From Candidatus Cloacimonadales bacterium (lineage in GTDB: Bacteria > Cloacimonadota > Cloacimonadia > Cloacimonadales > JAIOQZ01), in the NCBI GenBank assembly GCA_963674825.1, contig OY771587.1, positions 96,001 through 160,000 of the forward strand: DNA of 64,000 nt, written 5' to 3'. The notes under the pieces are model-generated. The model saw only the letters and a program-made list of their open reading frames with translations. It ran no database searches and was not told the DNA's origin. Below are positions 1 through 12,448 of the stretch, one piece after another. Every line of letters starts with the position of its first letter. Position 1 is the first letter of the stretch. The position numbers and the translations under genes were made by a program.

Positions 1-2
1 TA

Positions 3-1646
3 ACCGAGAGCCTCTATGATTTCTGGATCATCATCGATTACGAAACACACCATTACTCGTCAAGCCCGGAGCAGAGCAGCTACATCGCTGCCAGCGGTAC
101 GGGCGGCACGCACAGCTACTACTGGGATCCCGATTACGGCAGTAACGGATGGTTCCTCAATATGTCGCTCAGTGGATTCGAAAGCGAATTCATCATCGGC
201 GTCAACGGAGACTTTGTCTATCCCGAGGAATACCGAGATATCCGGCTCGACAGCGTCGGCGCAAATGTGATATCAGGAAATCATACAAATATTTACCCTA
301 CATGGCAAATCACCAATCGTTCGGCAGTTACACTTGAAGATGTTACAGTAACCTATTCTATTGAACCACCTGACGATTTACCGAATGGTGGCTTTACAGC
401 TACCTCCGATCCATTTTCAATCGATGCAGGGGAAACTATCACGGGGATTGCGGATAGTTGCTTGACACTTGGACGGCCAAAGCTGCAAATGATTATCGAA
501 GCAGAAGTTTCGTATCCTGGAAGCGATGAGCTCGATGCAAGCCAATCCAATAATTCCGGGACGCATCTTCAGGAGATTTTCCTGACGGCTCGAAGCCATG
601 CTTTTATCGAGAATGCCGTCCGAAGCGAAGACCCGGCAACCAGCATGATATGGGAATTGCAGGATAGCGAGATCGACCCGGAAACATCCATCATACTGAA
701 CTACTTTCCAGATATGTCGGATACTCTTCTCTACTGTCAGGACGCGGTGTCACGATTCAGCCAGTACGAGCTTTTCGGCTATCCTAACACGATCGTCCAG
801 GGTCTCAACAAAATCAACGGCTACAGCGGTGAAGAAACCTATGTCGATTCATTGCAACGATACCATGACAACACGCTCGCGACGAACACTTTTGTTTCAC
901 TCGATGGTTACGATATACGAACATGGGAAGATGGCGAATATCTCTGCCGCATCTATCTCACAAACGACAGTACCTATGTTTTCGACAGCTACATCCAGAA
1001 TCTTGTCTTTTACGCAGCCCTGGTCGAAGAAGGAATCACCGTCGGAGATATGACGATTCCGGGCTATACGCTGATCGAGTTTCTGCCGGATTCAACAGGA
1101 GTCGTGGGCGTACAAAACGATGAGCTGCTTTGCGATTCGACTGCAACCTATAATTTTGACTTCAACATCAACAATATCGAAGCGATCCAGGATACATCCA
1201 ACCACTTCGAAAACCTGTCGGTCCTGATGTTCCTGCAATTCGAGTCGGAATCATGGAATCGTAAGAGCTGGATCGAATACGCGACGGTCGTTCCATTATC
1301 CTCATTCATCGATGAAGCTGTAGGCGTGGACGACGAAACTGCGCCTGTCGTTCCGGACGTATCGGTCTATCCGAATCCGTTCAGGCCGGGGCAGAATGTT
1401 TATATCGAATTACCGCAGACGAAATCGCGCAGCCTGAAGCAGGTGACCGTGGATGTCTATAACATCCGTGGACAACGAGTACGAAGAATCGTGCGGGAAC
1501 AAGACGAGATCGCCAGCGGTATCTATTGGGACGGACGTAACCAGCAGGGCAGAATCGTTTCGACAGGCATTTATCTAATGCGCATCGAAGCAAATGACGG
1601 TAATTCCGCGAGTGTTCTGCATAAAAACTGCCTCCTTATCAAATAA
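3..1646 (+). CDS. Secreted protein (5' partial) with Omp28-like region and C-terminal FlgD/T9SS-type sorting domain
   Basis: Frame is open from position 3 (TESLYDFW...). C-terminus VYPNPF...VYNIRGQRVR...WDGRNQQGRIVSTGIYLMRI...CLLIK. Confidence 0.75.
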   Translation, partial: TESLYDFWIIIDYETHHYSSSPEQSSYIAASGTGGTHSYYWDPDYGSNGWFLNMSLSGFESEFIIGVNGDFVYPEEYRDIRLDSVGANVISGNHTNIYPTWQITNRSAVTLEDVTVTYSIEPPDDLPNGGFTATSDPFSIDAGETITGIADSCLTLGRPKLQMIIEAEVSYPGSDELDASQSNNSGTHLQEIFLTARSHAFIENAVRSEDPATSMIWELQDSEIDPETSIILNYFPDMSDTLLYCQDAVSRFSQYELFGYPNTIVQGLNKINGYSGEETYVDSLQRYHDNTLATNTFVSLDGYDIRTWEDGEYLCRIYLTNDSTYVFDSYIQNLVFYAALVEEGITVGDMTIPGYTLIEFLPDSTGVVGVQNDELLCDSTATYNFDFNINNIEAIQDTSNHFENLSVLMFLQFESESWNRKSWIEYATVVPLSSFIDEAVGVDDETAPVVPDVSVYPNPFRPGQNVYIELPQTKSRSLKQVTVDVYNIRGQRVRRIVREQDEIASGIYWDGRNQQGRIVSTGIYLMRIEANDGNSASVLHKNCLLIK

Positions 1647-1668
1647 GGCAGTGAAAGCGACGTAGTAT

Positions 1669-2733
1669 TTGAGAACGAAGACCATATTCGATCGGACATT
1701 TGACGAATACAGTGGTGTACTGCACGTTCATACCCAATATTCGTTCGATTGCGATGTCGCACTTTCGCGCATTATTCGCGCAGCAAAAAGAGCCAACGTC
1801 GATTTCATCATGATCAACGACCATCATAATTTCGCCGCGAAAGACGATCCTGCCGTTCGCGAAGAGAAAGATCTGATCATCCTTGCCGGCGCAGAGGTGA
1901 ACGACAAAGGTGGCAACAATCATTATCTCGTTTACGGTACCGATCATGTGCATTCCAAGATCCCAACGCCCGAGTATATGCAAAAATACGCAGCCGAAGG
2001 AATTCATGGCTTTATCGCACACCCGAAGGAACGCCGTAGAACCAAGAAATATCGCAAATATCCCTGGCTCGAAAAGGATGTTCGACATGCCGCCGGAATG
2101 GAGATATGGAATTTCACATCGAGCTGGATCGGCAAGCTGATCCCTACGCTCAACGCCATTCCGATGCTCCTTTTCCCGGGTTGCTACGTGCGGAAACCAC
2201 TACCGGAGAACCTGAGGCTCTGGGACAAGTGGAATCTCGAAGGTTTGCGTATGACGGGGATTGGGACCGCGGATGTCCATGGTACTCGCATGAAGCTTCC
2301 AGGCTTCAAGTTTCGAGTACTCTCTCATGAGCGCCTTATGAGAATGCTTCGGACGCAGGTACTTCTCGATGAAGACACCGAGCCAACACCTATCAATATA
2401 TACCGCGCCATGCAGCGCGGAAACTGCTACGTCGTTAATCAATCTATCGGCGCACCGTTCAACTTCTATGCCGGGATCGTAGATCCGGACGGCAACGGCG
2501 CGACTTATGGCGAGGATATCGATTTCCAGAAGAATCTTACCCTGTATTTCAATCTGCCGATGAGCTCGAAAGTCGTATTGATTCATAACGGTAAGAAGAT
2601 CGCCCAAGAACGCGATCAACGTGGTAAGTTCGCCATCACCCAGCCGGGATTCTATCGGCTGGAGATCTCGCGATTCGGGAAAGGGTGGATTTATACCAAC
2701 CCCATTTACGTAAATGACACAAGAAAAGATTGA
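1669..2733 (+). CDS. PHP-domain metallohydrolase (CehA/McbA-like)
   Basis: HVHTQYSFD, INDHH, GAEV, AHP and DVH metal-ligand motifs; TTG start. Confidence 0.8.
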   Translation: MRTKTIFDRTFDEYSGVLHVHTQYSFDCDVALSRIIRAAKRANVDFIMINDHHNFAAKDDPAVREEKDLIILAGAEVNDKGGNNHYLVYGTDHVHSKIPTPEYMQKYAAEGIHGFIAHPKERRRTKKYRKYPWLEKDVRHAAGMEIWNFTSSWIGKLIPTLNAIPMLLFPGCYVRKPLPENLRLWDKWNLEGLRMTGIGTADVHGTRMKLPGFKFRVLSHERLMRMLRTQVLLDEDTEPTPINIYRAMQRGNCYVVNQSIGAPFNFYAGIVDPDGNGATYGEDIDFQKNLTLYFNLPMSSKVVLIHNGKKIAQERDQRGKFAITQPGFYRLEISRFGKGWIYTNPIYVNDTRKD

Positions 2734-2799
2734 TTCACACTTGTGGGTCTGAAAAAAATAAAAGATGATCCACGCATGTGGTTCTAAAAAAATGAAAGG
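2731..2799. repeat. Two imperfect tandem ~35 bp repeats, each with a palindromic core
   Basis: TGATTCACACTTGTGGGTCT (2731) vs TGATCCACGCATGTGGTTCT (2766), 16/20 identical, each followed by an A-tract. Confidence 0.6.
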
Positions 2800-2805
2800 C
2801 TAATC

Positions 2806-3750
2806 ATGGAAAAGATCTTTATTGAGGATTTGCAACATTATTTGAACGAAGAGATTGTCACCTACTTTCTGGTTACGCAGAAAGAGCTTAGAGACGGCAA
2901 GAGAGACCAGTATATCCGGCTGAGACTGACCGATAAATCGGGCAATATCAACGGCAATATCTGGAGCAATGTCAAGCAGCTGAAGGATCTCTTCAAGGAA
3001 GGCGACATCGTCAAGATCAAGGGCATCGTAATCTCCTACAAGGAGCAAAACCAGATCACAGTCAACAACATCCGCCGAGCGAAAGAGGATGAATACGACA
3101 TCTCCGAGTTCGTGCCCAAGACATCCAAGGATGTCAAGGACCTCTCCGACGCACTCTTCCACTACATCGACAACATCAACGATGAATACATAAAGCAGCT
3201 TCTGGAAAGCATCTTCGGTGATAAGGAATTCTTCTCGAAGTTTTCACAAGCTCCCGCTGCGAAAAGCTGGCACCACAACTACATGGGTGGATTGATCGAG
3301 CACACCGTTTCTGTCACTAAGATTTGCGATTTTGCTTCGCATATGTATCCGGTGCAGAAGGACATCCTCATGGCCGGCGCAATGCTGCATGATTCGGGGA
3401 AAGTATACGAATACAGCATGCGTCCCGCAATCGACTTCACGCCCATCGGAAGGCTGGTTGGTCACATCTGCCTTGCGGACGAAATGGTAACCAAGAAAGC
3501 AGCTGAGATCAACAACTTTCCCGAAAACACGCTGCTTAAAATCAGGCACCTGATCCTCTCGCATCATGGCGAGTTCGAGAAAGGCTCCTGCCGACTGCCG
3601 CAGATGCTCGAAGCGATTGTGCTGCATTACGCCGACAATCTCGATGCACAGACGATCGGTGTGAACCAGCTCGTTGAGACCGCTCTCAAGTCAGATTCCG
3701 AGTGGACCGAGTACGACAAACTCAACAACCGGTACTTCTATATAGGTTGA
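2806..3750 (+). CDS. yhaM: 3'-5' exoribonuclease YhaM family (OB fold + HD)
   Basis: N-terminal OB fold; APAAKSWHHNYMGGLIEHT, LHDSGK, LVGHI, SHHG, YADNLDA. Confidence 0.9.
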   Translation: MEKIFIEDLQHYLNEEIVTYFLVTQKELRDGKRDQYIRLRLTDKSGNINGNIWSNVKQLKDLFKEGDIVKIKGIVISYKEQNQITVNNIRRAKEDEYDISEFVPKTSKDVKDLSDALFHYIDNINDEYIKQLLESIFGDKEFFSKFSQAPAAKSWHHNYMGGLIEHTVSVTKICDFASHMYPVQKDILMAGAMLHDSGKVYEYSMRPAIDFTPIGRLVGHICLADEMVTKKAAEINNFPENTLLKIRHLILSHHGEFEKGSCRLPQMLEAIVLHYADNLDAQTIGVNQLVETALKSDSEWTEYDKLNNRYFYIG

Positions 3751-3751
3751 T

Positions 3752-4531
3752 ATGTTTCAGACCACGGTACTCGCGAGCGGAAGCAAGGGCAACGCGATCC
3801 TGATCCGCACGGATCAGACCAAGCTGCTGCTGGATGCGGGGCTTTCAGCGAAAAGACTGTTCGGTTTTATCGAACAACTGCGGATGACGCCCGGTAATAT
3901 CAAGGGGATCATCCTCAGTCACGAGCACAGCGATCACAGTAATGGTGTGGGCGTCTTGTGCCGTAAGCTGAAGATACCGCTCTACGCGACTCGTCCCACT
4001 TTCGACGCATGCAGCCACAAGGTGGGCAATATTCCCGCCGGTGTGCATTTCATCGAGCCGGGATCATCCATATGGATCGACGATCTGGAGGTGCATCCGT
4101 TCAGTTCGTCGCACGATGCGGTCGATTCCTGCAACTTCACCTTCACTAACCGTGAAGGTCGCAAGCTGGCAGTCGTTACCGACGCCGGCTATCCCACGAA
4201 ATTGATGATTGAAAAGATAAAGAACGCATCGTCTCTGATCCTCGAATCGAACCACGATGTCCAGATGCTGTTGGATGGGCCTTATCCCTGGCAGCTCAAA
4301 CAACGGGTTCGGAGCCGGCAGGGCCATCTCTCCAATGAACAGGCGGTTGGCGTACTTAATCAGGTGCTGCATGCTGAACTGAAAAACCTGATTCTGGCGC
4401 ACCTCAGTGAGACCAACAACACGCCGGAGATCGCTCGAAAGACGATGGAAGACTATCTAAATGAAATACGGCATCCGGTGAAGCTCTTTGTAGCCTTACA
4501 GGATCAGCCGACGGAGTTGATCGAGGTATAG
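3752..4531 (+). CDS. MBL-fold metallohydrolase, YycJ/WalJ family
   Basis: LASGSKGN, SHEHSDH, SHDA, LESNHD, GHLSN, LAHLSETNN. Confidence 0.9.
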   Translation: MFQTTVLASGSKGNAILIRTDQTKLLLDAGLSAKRLFGFIEQLRMTPGNIKGIILSHEHSDHSNGVGVLCRKLKIPLYATRPTFDACSHKVGNIPAGVHFIEPGSSIWIDDLEVHPFSSSHDAVDSCNFTFTNREGRKLAVVTDAGYPTKLMIEKIKNASSLILESNHDVQMLLDGPYPWQLKQRVRSRQGHLSNEQAVGVLNQVLHAELKNLILAHLSETNNTPEIARKTMEDYLNEIRHPVKLFVALQDQPTELIEV

Positions 4532-4629
4532 GGATTTGATCCATCCCAACTTCCGAATGTGCCACAGGCTCTTCTGATTGTTGGAATGGAGAATGATGTT
4601 TCCGAGTTTGTGAATACAAAGGAGCAATA

Positions 4630-7084
<2,455 letters not shown>

Positions 7085-7100
7085 TAGAAAGGACGATACT

Positions 7101-7904
7101 ATGAAAAGCGTAACATCGTTTCAAGAGATGAAAACCCGTGGCGAAAAGATCACGATGCTTACCGCGTACGACTATCCTACCGCGCGTGCAGTCGAGAAAG
7201 CTGGCGCAGACCTTATCCTCGTCGGAGATAGCCTGGGGATGGTGGTGCTGGGGTACGAAAACACACTTCAGGTGACGATGGATGACATCATCCACCACAC
7301 CAAAGCAGTACGTCGCGGCGCGAAGGACACATTCGTCATCAGCGATATGCCATACCGTAGCTTCCATCTCGATTTGCGCACAACCAAAGAAAACGCCTTC
7401 CGGCTGATTATCGAAGCCGGAGCAAATGCCGTGAAGCTCGAAGGTGGCAGCGAAAGCCGCCTGGAAGCGATCCGGGCTATCGTCGATTGCGAAATTCCCG
7501 TGGTCGCGCATCTGGGCCTGACCCCGCAATCGGTGAATAAATTTGGTGGCTACAAAGTGCAGGGCAAGAGTGATGCCGCATCCGAGCAGCTATCCACAAT
7601 GGCGAAAAGGATCGAAGAAGCCGGTGCATTCATGGTGGTTCTGGAAGGCATCCCGGAAGCATTGGGCAGAAAGATCTCGCAGGAGCTGACCATCCCGACA
7701 ATCGGCATCGGCGCAGGACGCCACACCGACGGTCAGGTGCTGGTATTCCACGACCTGCTTGGCTTCAGCGATTTCAAACCGAAATTCGTCGAGCTCTATG
7801 AAAACCTCAATACGACCATACCTAAAGCGCTGGAAACGTGGTGTAACGATGTACGCGAAAAACGGTTTCCTGAACGGAAGCAGGTTTATTTTCCCGAAGA
7901 ATAA
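7101..7904 (+). CDS. panB: 3-methyl-2-oxobutanoate hydroxymethyltransferase
   Basis: MLTAYD, LVGDSLGM, VKLEGG, HLGLTPQ, IGIGAG, DGQVLV; AAGGA RBS before ATG 7101. Confidence 0.97.
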   Translation: MKSVTSFQEMKTRGEKITMLTAYDYPTARAVEKAGADLILVGDSLGMVVLGYENTLQVTMDDIIHHTKAVRRGAKDTFVISDMPYRSFHLDLRTTKENAFRLIIEAGANAVKLEGGSESRLEAIRAIVDCEIPVVAHLGLTPQSVNKFGGYKVQGKSDAASEQLSTMAKRIEEAGAFMVVLEGIPEALGRKISQELTIPTIGIGAGRHTDGQVLVFHDLLGFSDFKPKFVELYENLNTTIPKALETWCNDVREKRFPERKQVYFPEE

Positions 7905-7916
7905 GGAGAACCATAC

Positions 7917-8540
7917 ATGAATGATATGAACATGATCGAACAAACCCCGGAAGAAAAGCTCGCTGCCGTGGGCAGACTCAAGAAAAACCTCGAAGACAGC
8001 TTCGTGAGCCTCGGCACTTTGCTCTCCGAAATCAAACGCAGTAAAATTTTCAAGCTTCGGGGATACAAGACGTTCAAGGACTTCATCGAGACCGAATACG
8101 CCATGGCGGGAAGTTTCGCAACCAAGCTGATCAACGTTCACGAGCTATTCATCCAGGAACTGGACATCAACGAAGGTTCTCTGAAAGAAATCGGATTCGA
8201 CAAGCTCAACATGATCAAACCGCTGATGAAAGACTGCGCCTACGAGGAGACCGAGCATTGGCTCACCAAGGCTCAAGAACTTCCCACACCGGAACTCCGC
8301 GAAGAAGTCAAGACCGAAAAAGAGCGCCGCAACCGTAAAGACAAGACGCTCAAAGAAGTCTTTATCGACCAGTTCTTCGAAATGATGATAACCAGCTTCA
8401 ACTGCAGCCGTAAGGACCTCAACTACAAGCTCGCAATATACTTCCAGGACATGGATCTCACGCAGGTGAAAGATTCGATCCGGCTCAAACAGCGGAAACT
8501 CGAAGAAGCACAGCAGATGGAGGGAATGCCGCAGGGTTGA
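7917..8540 (+). CDS. Hypothetical helical protein, possibly DNA-binding/partition-related
   Basis: AAGGAG RBS; 207 aa; LLSEIKRSKIFKLRGYKTFKDFI motif. Confidence 0.7.
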   Translation: MNDMNMIEQTPEEKLAAVGRLKKNLEDSFVSLGTLLSEIKRSKIFKLRGYKTFKDFIETEYAMAGSFATKLINVHELFIQELDINEGSLKEIGFDKLNMIKPLMKDCAYEETEHWLTKAQELPTPELREEVKTEKERRNRKDKTLKEVFIDQFFEMMITSFNCSRKDLNYKLAIYFQDMDLTQVKDSIRLKQRKLEEAQQMEGMPQG

Positions 8541-8611
8541 TAATAGAATCGTGTCTCAAAACAGTGTGTCACACAAACTTTGAAAAACAATGACATTATA
8601 AAGAGGTTCTT

Positions 8612-10168
8612 ATGAGACAACTAAAGATACTTTGGGTTGACGATGAAGTCGAACTCCTCAAACCGTTCGTGATCTTCCTCGAAGATAAGGGATATCATGT
8701 AACCACAGCCACCAACGGCACAGACGCCATCGCATGGGTTGTCAAAGAGAAATTCGATCTCGTTCTCCTGGACGAGATGATGCCCGGTCTGGATGGACTC
8801 ACCACCTTGCTCGAAATCCGTAAAATCAACGCCTCTCTCCCCATCGTGATGGTCACCAAGAGTGAAGAGGAAGGCCTGATGGATAGGGCGATCGCAAGGC
8901 AGATCACAGATTACCTTATCAAACCCATCAACCCGAACCAAATTATCATGGCCGTGAAGAAGATCTTCCAGGCGGACGAGATTCGCCAGAACCAGATCGG
9001 CGAAGAATATTCACGCTTTTCCGCACAACTCAATCAGCGGCTCTTCGCAGCGCCAGACTGGGATGAATGGAAGAGCATCTACCACGATATTTGCCAATGG
9101 GATATCCTGATCGACGAGATCAACGATCCCAGCCTCGCACACATGCATTTCCTCGAGAAGCGCAACAGTAACACCGAGTTCTGCAACTACATCGAAGAAA
9201 ACTACGCCAACTGGCTCAAGAGCGATGAACGTCCGACCTTCTCGTTTGACGTGATCTCGGAATATATCTCACCAGTCTTCGAGGAACAGAAACCGGTTTA
9301 TTTCATTATCCTCGACTGTATGCGCCTGGATCAATACTTCGCGCTGGAGCCGTTCATCCGTGAGCTCTTCAACGTCGATCTTCAGCTTTATTACTCGATC
9401 CTTCCCACGGCAACACCCTATTCGCGCAATGCGCTCTTTAGTGGCCTGCTGCCGTCCGATATAGCCAAAAACTTCCCAGAATACTGGACCGATACGCATG
9501 ATCAGGACAACAGCCGCAACCGCAACGAGCATCAGCTTCTCGACGCGCACCTGAACGACCTCGGCCACAACCTCGAACCGAGCTCCAAGTACGTAAAGAT
9601 CTTCAATATCGAAGAGGGCAACTTCGTAATCCGCAAGCTCGAATCTTGGTCCAAAGAAAAGCTGGTCGTGCTGGTATATAATTTCCTCGACCTGCTGGCG
9701 CACCACCGCTCCAAAGATCAGATCCTCCAGGAGACGATCCCGGATGAAGAAGCGCTGCGTGCATTTACCAAGCACTGGTTTATGCATTCGTCTCTCTACG
9801 AGGCACTCAAGCAAATTGCCAAGCAGGACGCGACGGTCATTATTACTACCGACCACGGTTCGATCCGCGTAAACCGCGCTACGCAGGCAATTGGTGATCG
9901 AGATACAACTATCACTGTTCGCTACAAGGAAGGCAAAAACCTAACCTGCAACGAACGCCACGCGGTTTACGTCAAAAAGCCGTCATCCTATGGCCTGCCT
10001 ACCCGCAACATCATCGATAACTTTATCTTCGCGAAAGACGATTATTATTTCGTCTATCCGAATTCCTATCATCAATACCAGAAGCAATACAACGGTACTT
10101 TCCAGCATGGTGGAATATCCATGCAGGAGATGATCCTGCCGCTGGCCGTGTGCAGAAGTAAGCATTAG
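8612..10168 (+). CDS. PorX-like response regulator (REC + PglZ/alkaline-phosphatase-like domain)
   Basis: ILWVDDE, LLDEMMPG, MVTKSEEE, SILPTATPYSRNA, TTDHGS, FQHGGIS. Confidence 0.9.
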   Translation: MRQLKILWVDDEVELLKPFVIFLEDKGYHVTTATNGTDAIAWVVKEKFDLVLLDEMMPGLDGLTTLLEIRKINASLPIVMVTKSEEEGLMDRAIARQITDYLIKPINPNQIIMAVKKIFQADEIRQNQIGEEYSRFSAQLNQRLFAAPDWDEWKSIYHDICQWDILIDEINDPSLAHMHFLEKRNSNTEFCNYIEENYANWLKSDERPTFSFDVISEYISPVFEEQKPVYFIILDCMRLDQYFALEPFIRELFNVDLQLYYSILPTATPYSRNALFSGLLPSDIAKNFPEYWTDTHDQDNSRNRNEHQLLDAHLNDLGHNLEPSSKYVKIFNIEEGNFVIRKLESWSKEKLVVLVYNFLDLLAHHRSKDQILQETIPDEEALRAFTKHWFMHSSLYEALKQIAKQDATVIITTDHGSIRVNRATQAIGDRDTTITVRYKEGKNLTCNERHAVYVKKPSSYGLPTRNIIDNFIFAKDDYYFVYPNSYHQYQKQYNGTFQHGGISMQEMILPLAVCRSKH

Positions 10169-10218
10169 AATATCTTCGCGCTGTCTCCCACAAGTGACGG
10201 TGTGAATATAGATTAACA

Positions 10219-10248
10219 GCAGGGGCAGGTTTATCAGCCTGCCCCTGC
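10219..10248. repeat. 11-bp perfect inverted repeat (REP-like or terminator hairpin)
   Basis: GCAGGGGCAGG-n8-CCTGCCCCTGC, intergenic, no U-tract. Confidence 0.6.
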
Positions 10249-10272
10249 ATCATACAACGGAATCGGAGCCGA

Positions 10273-11127
10273 ATGCCAGACATCATCAATCTCATCTCGC
10301 AATACGATTTCATGCGCAACGCGGTGATCGCGGCGATCTTCGCCAGCATCCTCTGTGGCATGACTGGAACCCTCGTGGTTATCAAGCGGATCGCGCTCAT
10401 CAGCGGTGGAATTGCGCATACGGTGTTGGGGGGGGTTGGGCTTTTCTATTATCTCGGATGGAATCCGTATCTGGGAGCGTTTATCACTTCAATCGTCGCG
10501 GCCATCATCATCGGCCTTGTGAAGCTCCACGCCGGTGAGCATGAAGATACGCTAATCAGCGCCATGTGGGCCATCGGAATGGCGTCCGGCATCCTTTTCA
10601 TGCAGCTAAAGCCAGGCTACAACCGCAACTTGATGTCTTATTTGTTTGGGAATATCCTGCTGGTGGACAGCTTTGACCTTATCGTACTTGGCTCCATGAC
10701 ACTGGTGGTCATGGTCGTTATCATACTGCTCTACCGGCAATTTCTCGCCATCTCGTTCGACCAGGAATTTGCGGGACTGCGTGGACTGCACGCTGAGTTC
10801 CTCTACATCCTGATCCTATGCATGATTGCTCTGACCATCGTCGTTCTCACCACTATTGTGGGCCTTATCCTTGCTATCGCGCTACTTACATTGCCGGCGG
10901 CCATCGCGGCCCTCTTCACTAAAACTCCCGGCGCGATGATGCTAACGGCAATGGTTTTCAGCCTGCTATTTTCACTGGGTGGACTTTTCATTTCGTACGA
11001 ACCCGGGCTTGCTCCTGGCTCCACGATCATCATTATCAGTGGAATTGCGTATTTTTTTGCTATAATCGCAAAAAAAGTGGTCAAACGGTTCGCGCAACAG
11101 CGTAATATCAACCGGAAAGCAATCTAA
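10273..11127 (+). CDS. Metal (Zn/Mn) ABC transporter permease, ZnuB-like
   Basis: ISGGIAHTVLGG, LMSYLFGNIL, ISFDQEFA, TLPAAIA; multiple TM helices. Confidence 0.9.
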   Translation: MPDIINLISQYDFMRNAVIAAIFASILCGMTGTLVVIKRIALISGGIAHTVLGGVGLFYYLGWNPYLGAFITSIVAAIIIGLVKLHAGEHEDTLISAMWAIGMASGILFMQLKPGYNRNLMSYLFGNILLVDSFDLIVLGSMTLVVMVVIILLYRQFLAISFDQEFAGLRGLHAEFLYILILCMIALTIVVLTTIVGLILAIALLTLPAAIAALFTKTPGAMMLTAMVFSLLFSLGGLFISYEPGLAPGSTIIIISGIAYFFAIIAKKVVKRFAQQRNINRKAI

Positions 11128-11365
11128 TCCATTGTATCACCTATCGATAGAAAACAGCAGACAATCCTTTTATCCAGCCTATTCCTGAATCCAATTTGGT
11201 ATAGTTCGCGTTTCAAAGATGCCTTGGGCTTAGAAAAAAGGAAAAACCGATAAAAAACGCTTTACAATATATCTCATATAATGGAATATTTCGAATGGAA
11301 TAAAATGAGCTAAATAGTGTCAGTAATACTGGGGAAAATTTCGAGGCTAATATCGAGGTAATACG

Positions 11366-12442
11366 ATGACTCAGGAAGATTTCTTTGATCGGCTCAAACT
11401 GAACCGTCTATTTTCGGATGTTGACAAATCACTTCTTTGCGAAGTATCGAAAGAATGCTTTGTGGAACGCTCTTTTTACAAGGGCGAAACGATTATTAAA
11501 CAGGACGAAGTCTCAGCGGATCTCTTTCTGATCCTGATGGGAAGAGTCCAGATCAGCAAGATATTGCCTGACGGCGAGCGCGTTGAACTAATCCAGAAAG
11601 GTCCGAACGAATTCATTGGCGAGATTGGGCTGCTTCTCACATCGAGCCGCTCAGCCACGGTCACTTGCCTTACAGACGTGAAAATCGTGCAGATCACACC
11701 TGAAGCATTTTCGCATATTCTCAAGAAAATTCCCACGATCCGCAAAAATGTATTAAAGAATATTATCGAAATCGTGTTTGATGATGACCAGCGCGTTGTG
11801 AATGAAATCATTAAGGGCAACCTCCTGGCCGAGATGTTCAACGCTATCAGCGACCAGACCAAACGACTGGAGTCGCTCAACCGGCAGCTCAAGGACGTCA
11901 ACACCGAGCTCGAAAAGAAAAACAAAAAGCTTTATGAACTTGCAACCTACGATTACCTCACCAAGCTTTACAATCGCGCGTTCGTCATGGATATGTTTTC
12001 CAAAGAATTCAGCAAGTCCAAGCGCCACAACCATGAACTTTCCTGCCTGCTGCTTGATATCGACAACTTTAAGAAGATCAACGACACCTACGGGCATCTC
12101 ACAGGTGACGTCGTTTTGCGACAGATCGGTCTTCGCCTGAAAGAAGGCATTCGCGAACAGGATATCGTGGGACGCTATGGTGGTGAAGAATTTCTCATCG
12201 TGCTTCCGGATACCAGTCTTGAACAGGCAAATATCGTCGCGGAAAAGGTACGGAAGCGAATCGAAGCGCTCGAGGTGCGATCCAACGAGACGATGCTCAA
12301 GGTAACGATCAGTATCGGCGTCTCGGACATCAACGTCAACCAACCGAATAAGGTTGACGAACTGCTTTACCAGGCCGACACAGCGCTATATCGTGCCAAA
12401 AGGGACGGAAAGAACCGCACGGTACTCTTTTCAGCCAAATGA
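11366..12442 (+). CDS. Cyclic-nucleotide-binding diguanylate cyclase (cNMP-GGDEF)
   Basis: FIGEIGLL...RSATV cNMP domain; DIDNFKKINDTYGH; RxxD I-site (REQD); GGEEF. Confidence 0.92.
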   Translation: MTQEDFFDRLKLNRLFSDVDKSLLCEVSKECFVERSFYKGETIIKQDEVSADLFLILMGRVQISKILPDGERVELIQKGPNEFIGEIGLLLTSSRSATVTCLTDVKIVQITPEAFSHILKKIPTIRKNVLKNIIEIVFDDDQRVVNEIIKGNLLAEMFNAISDQTKRLESLNRQLKDVNTELEKKNKKLYELATYDYLTKLYNRAFVMDMFSKEFSKSKRHNHELSCLLLDIDNFKKINDTYGHLTGDVVLRQIGLRLKEGIREQDIVGRYGGEEFLIVLPDTSLEQANIVAEKVRKRIEALEVRSNETMLKVTISIGVSDINVNQPNKVDELLYQADTALYRAKRDGKNRTVLFSAK

Positions 12443-12448
12443 GCTATT

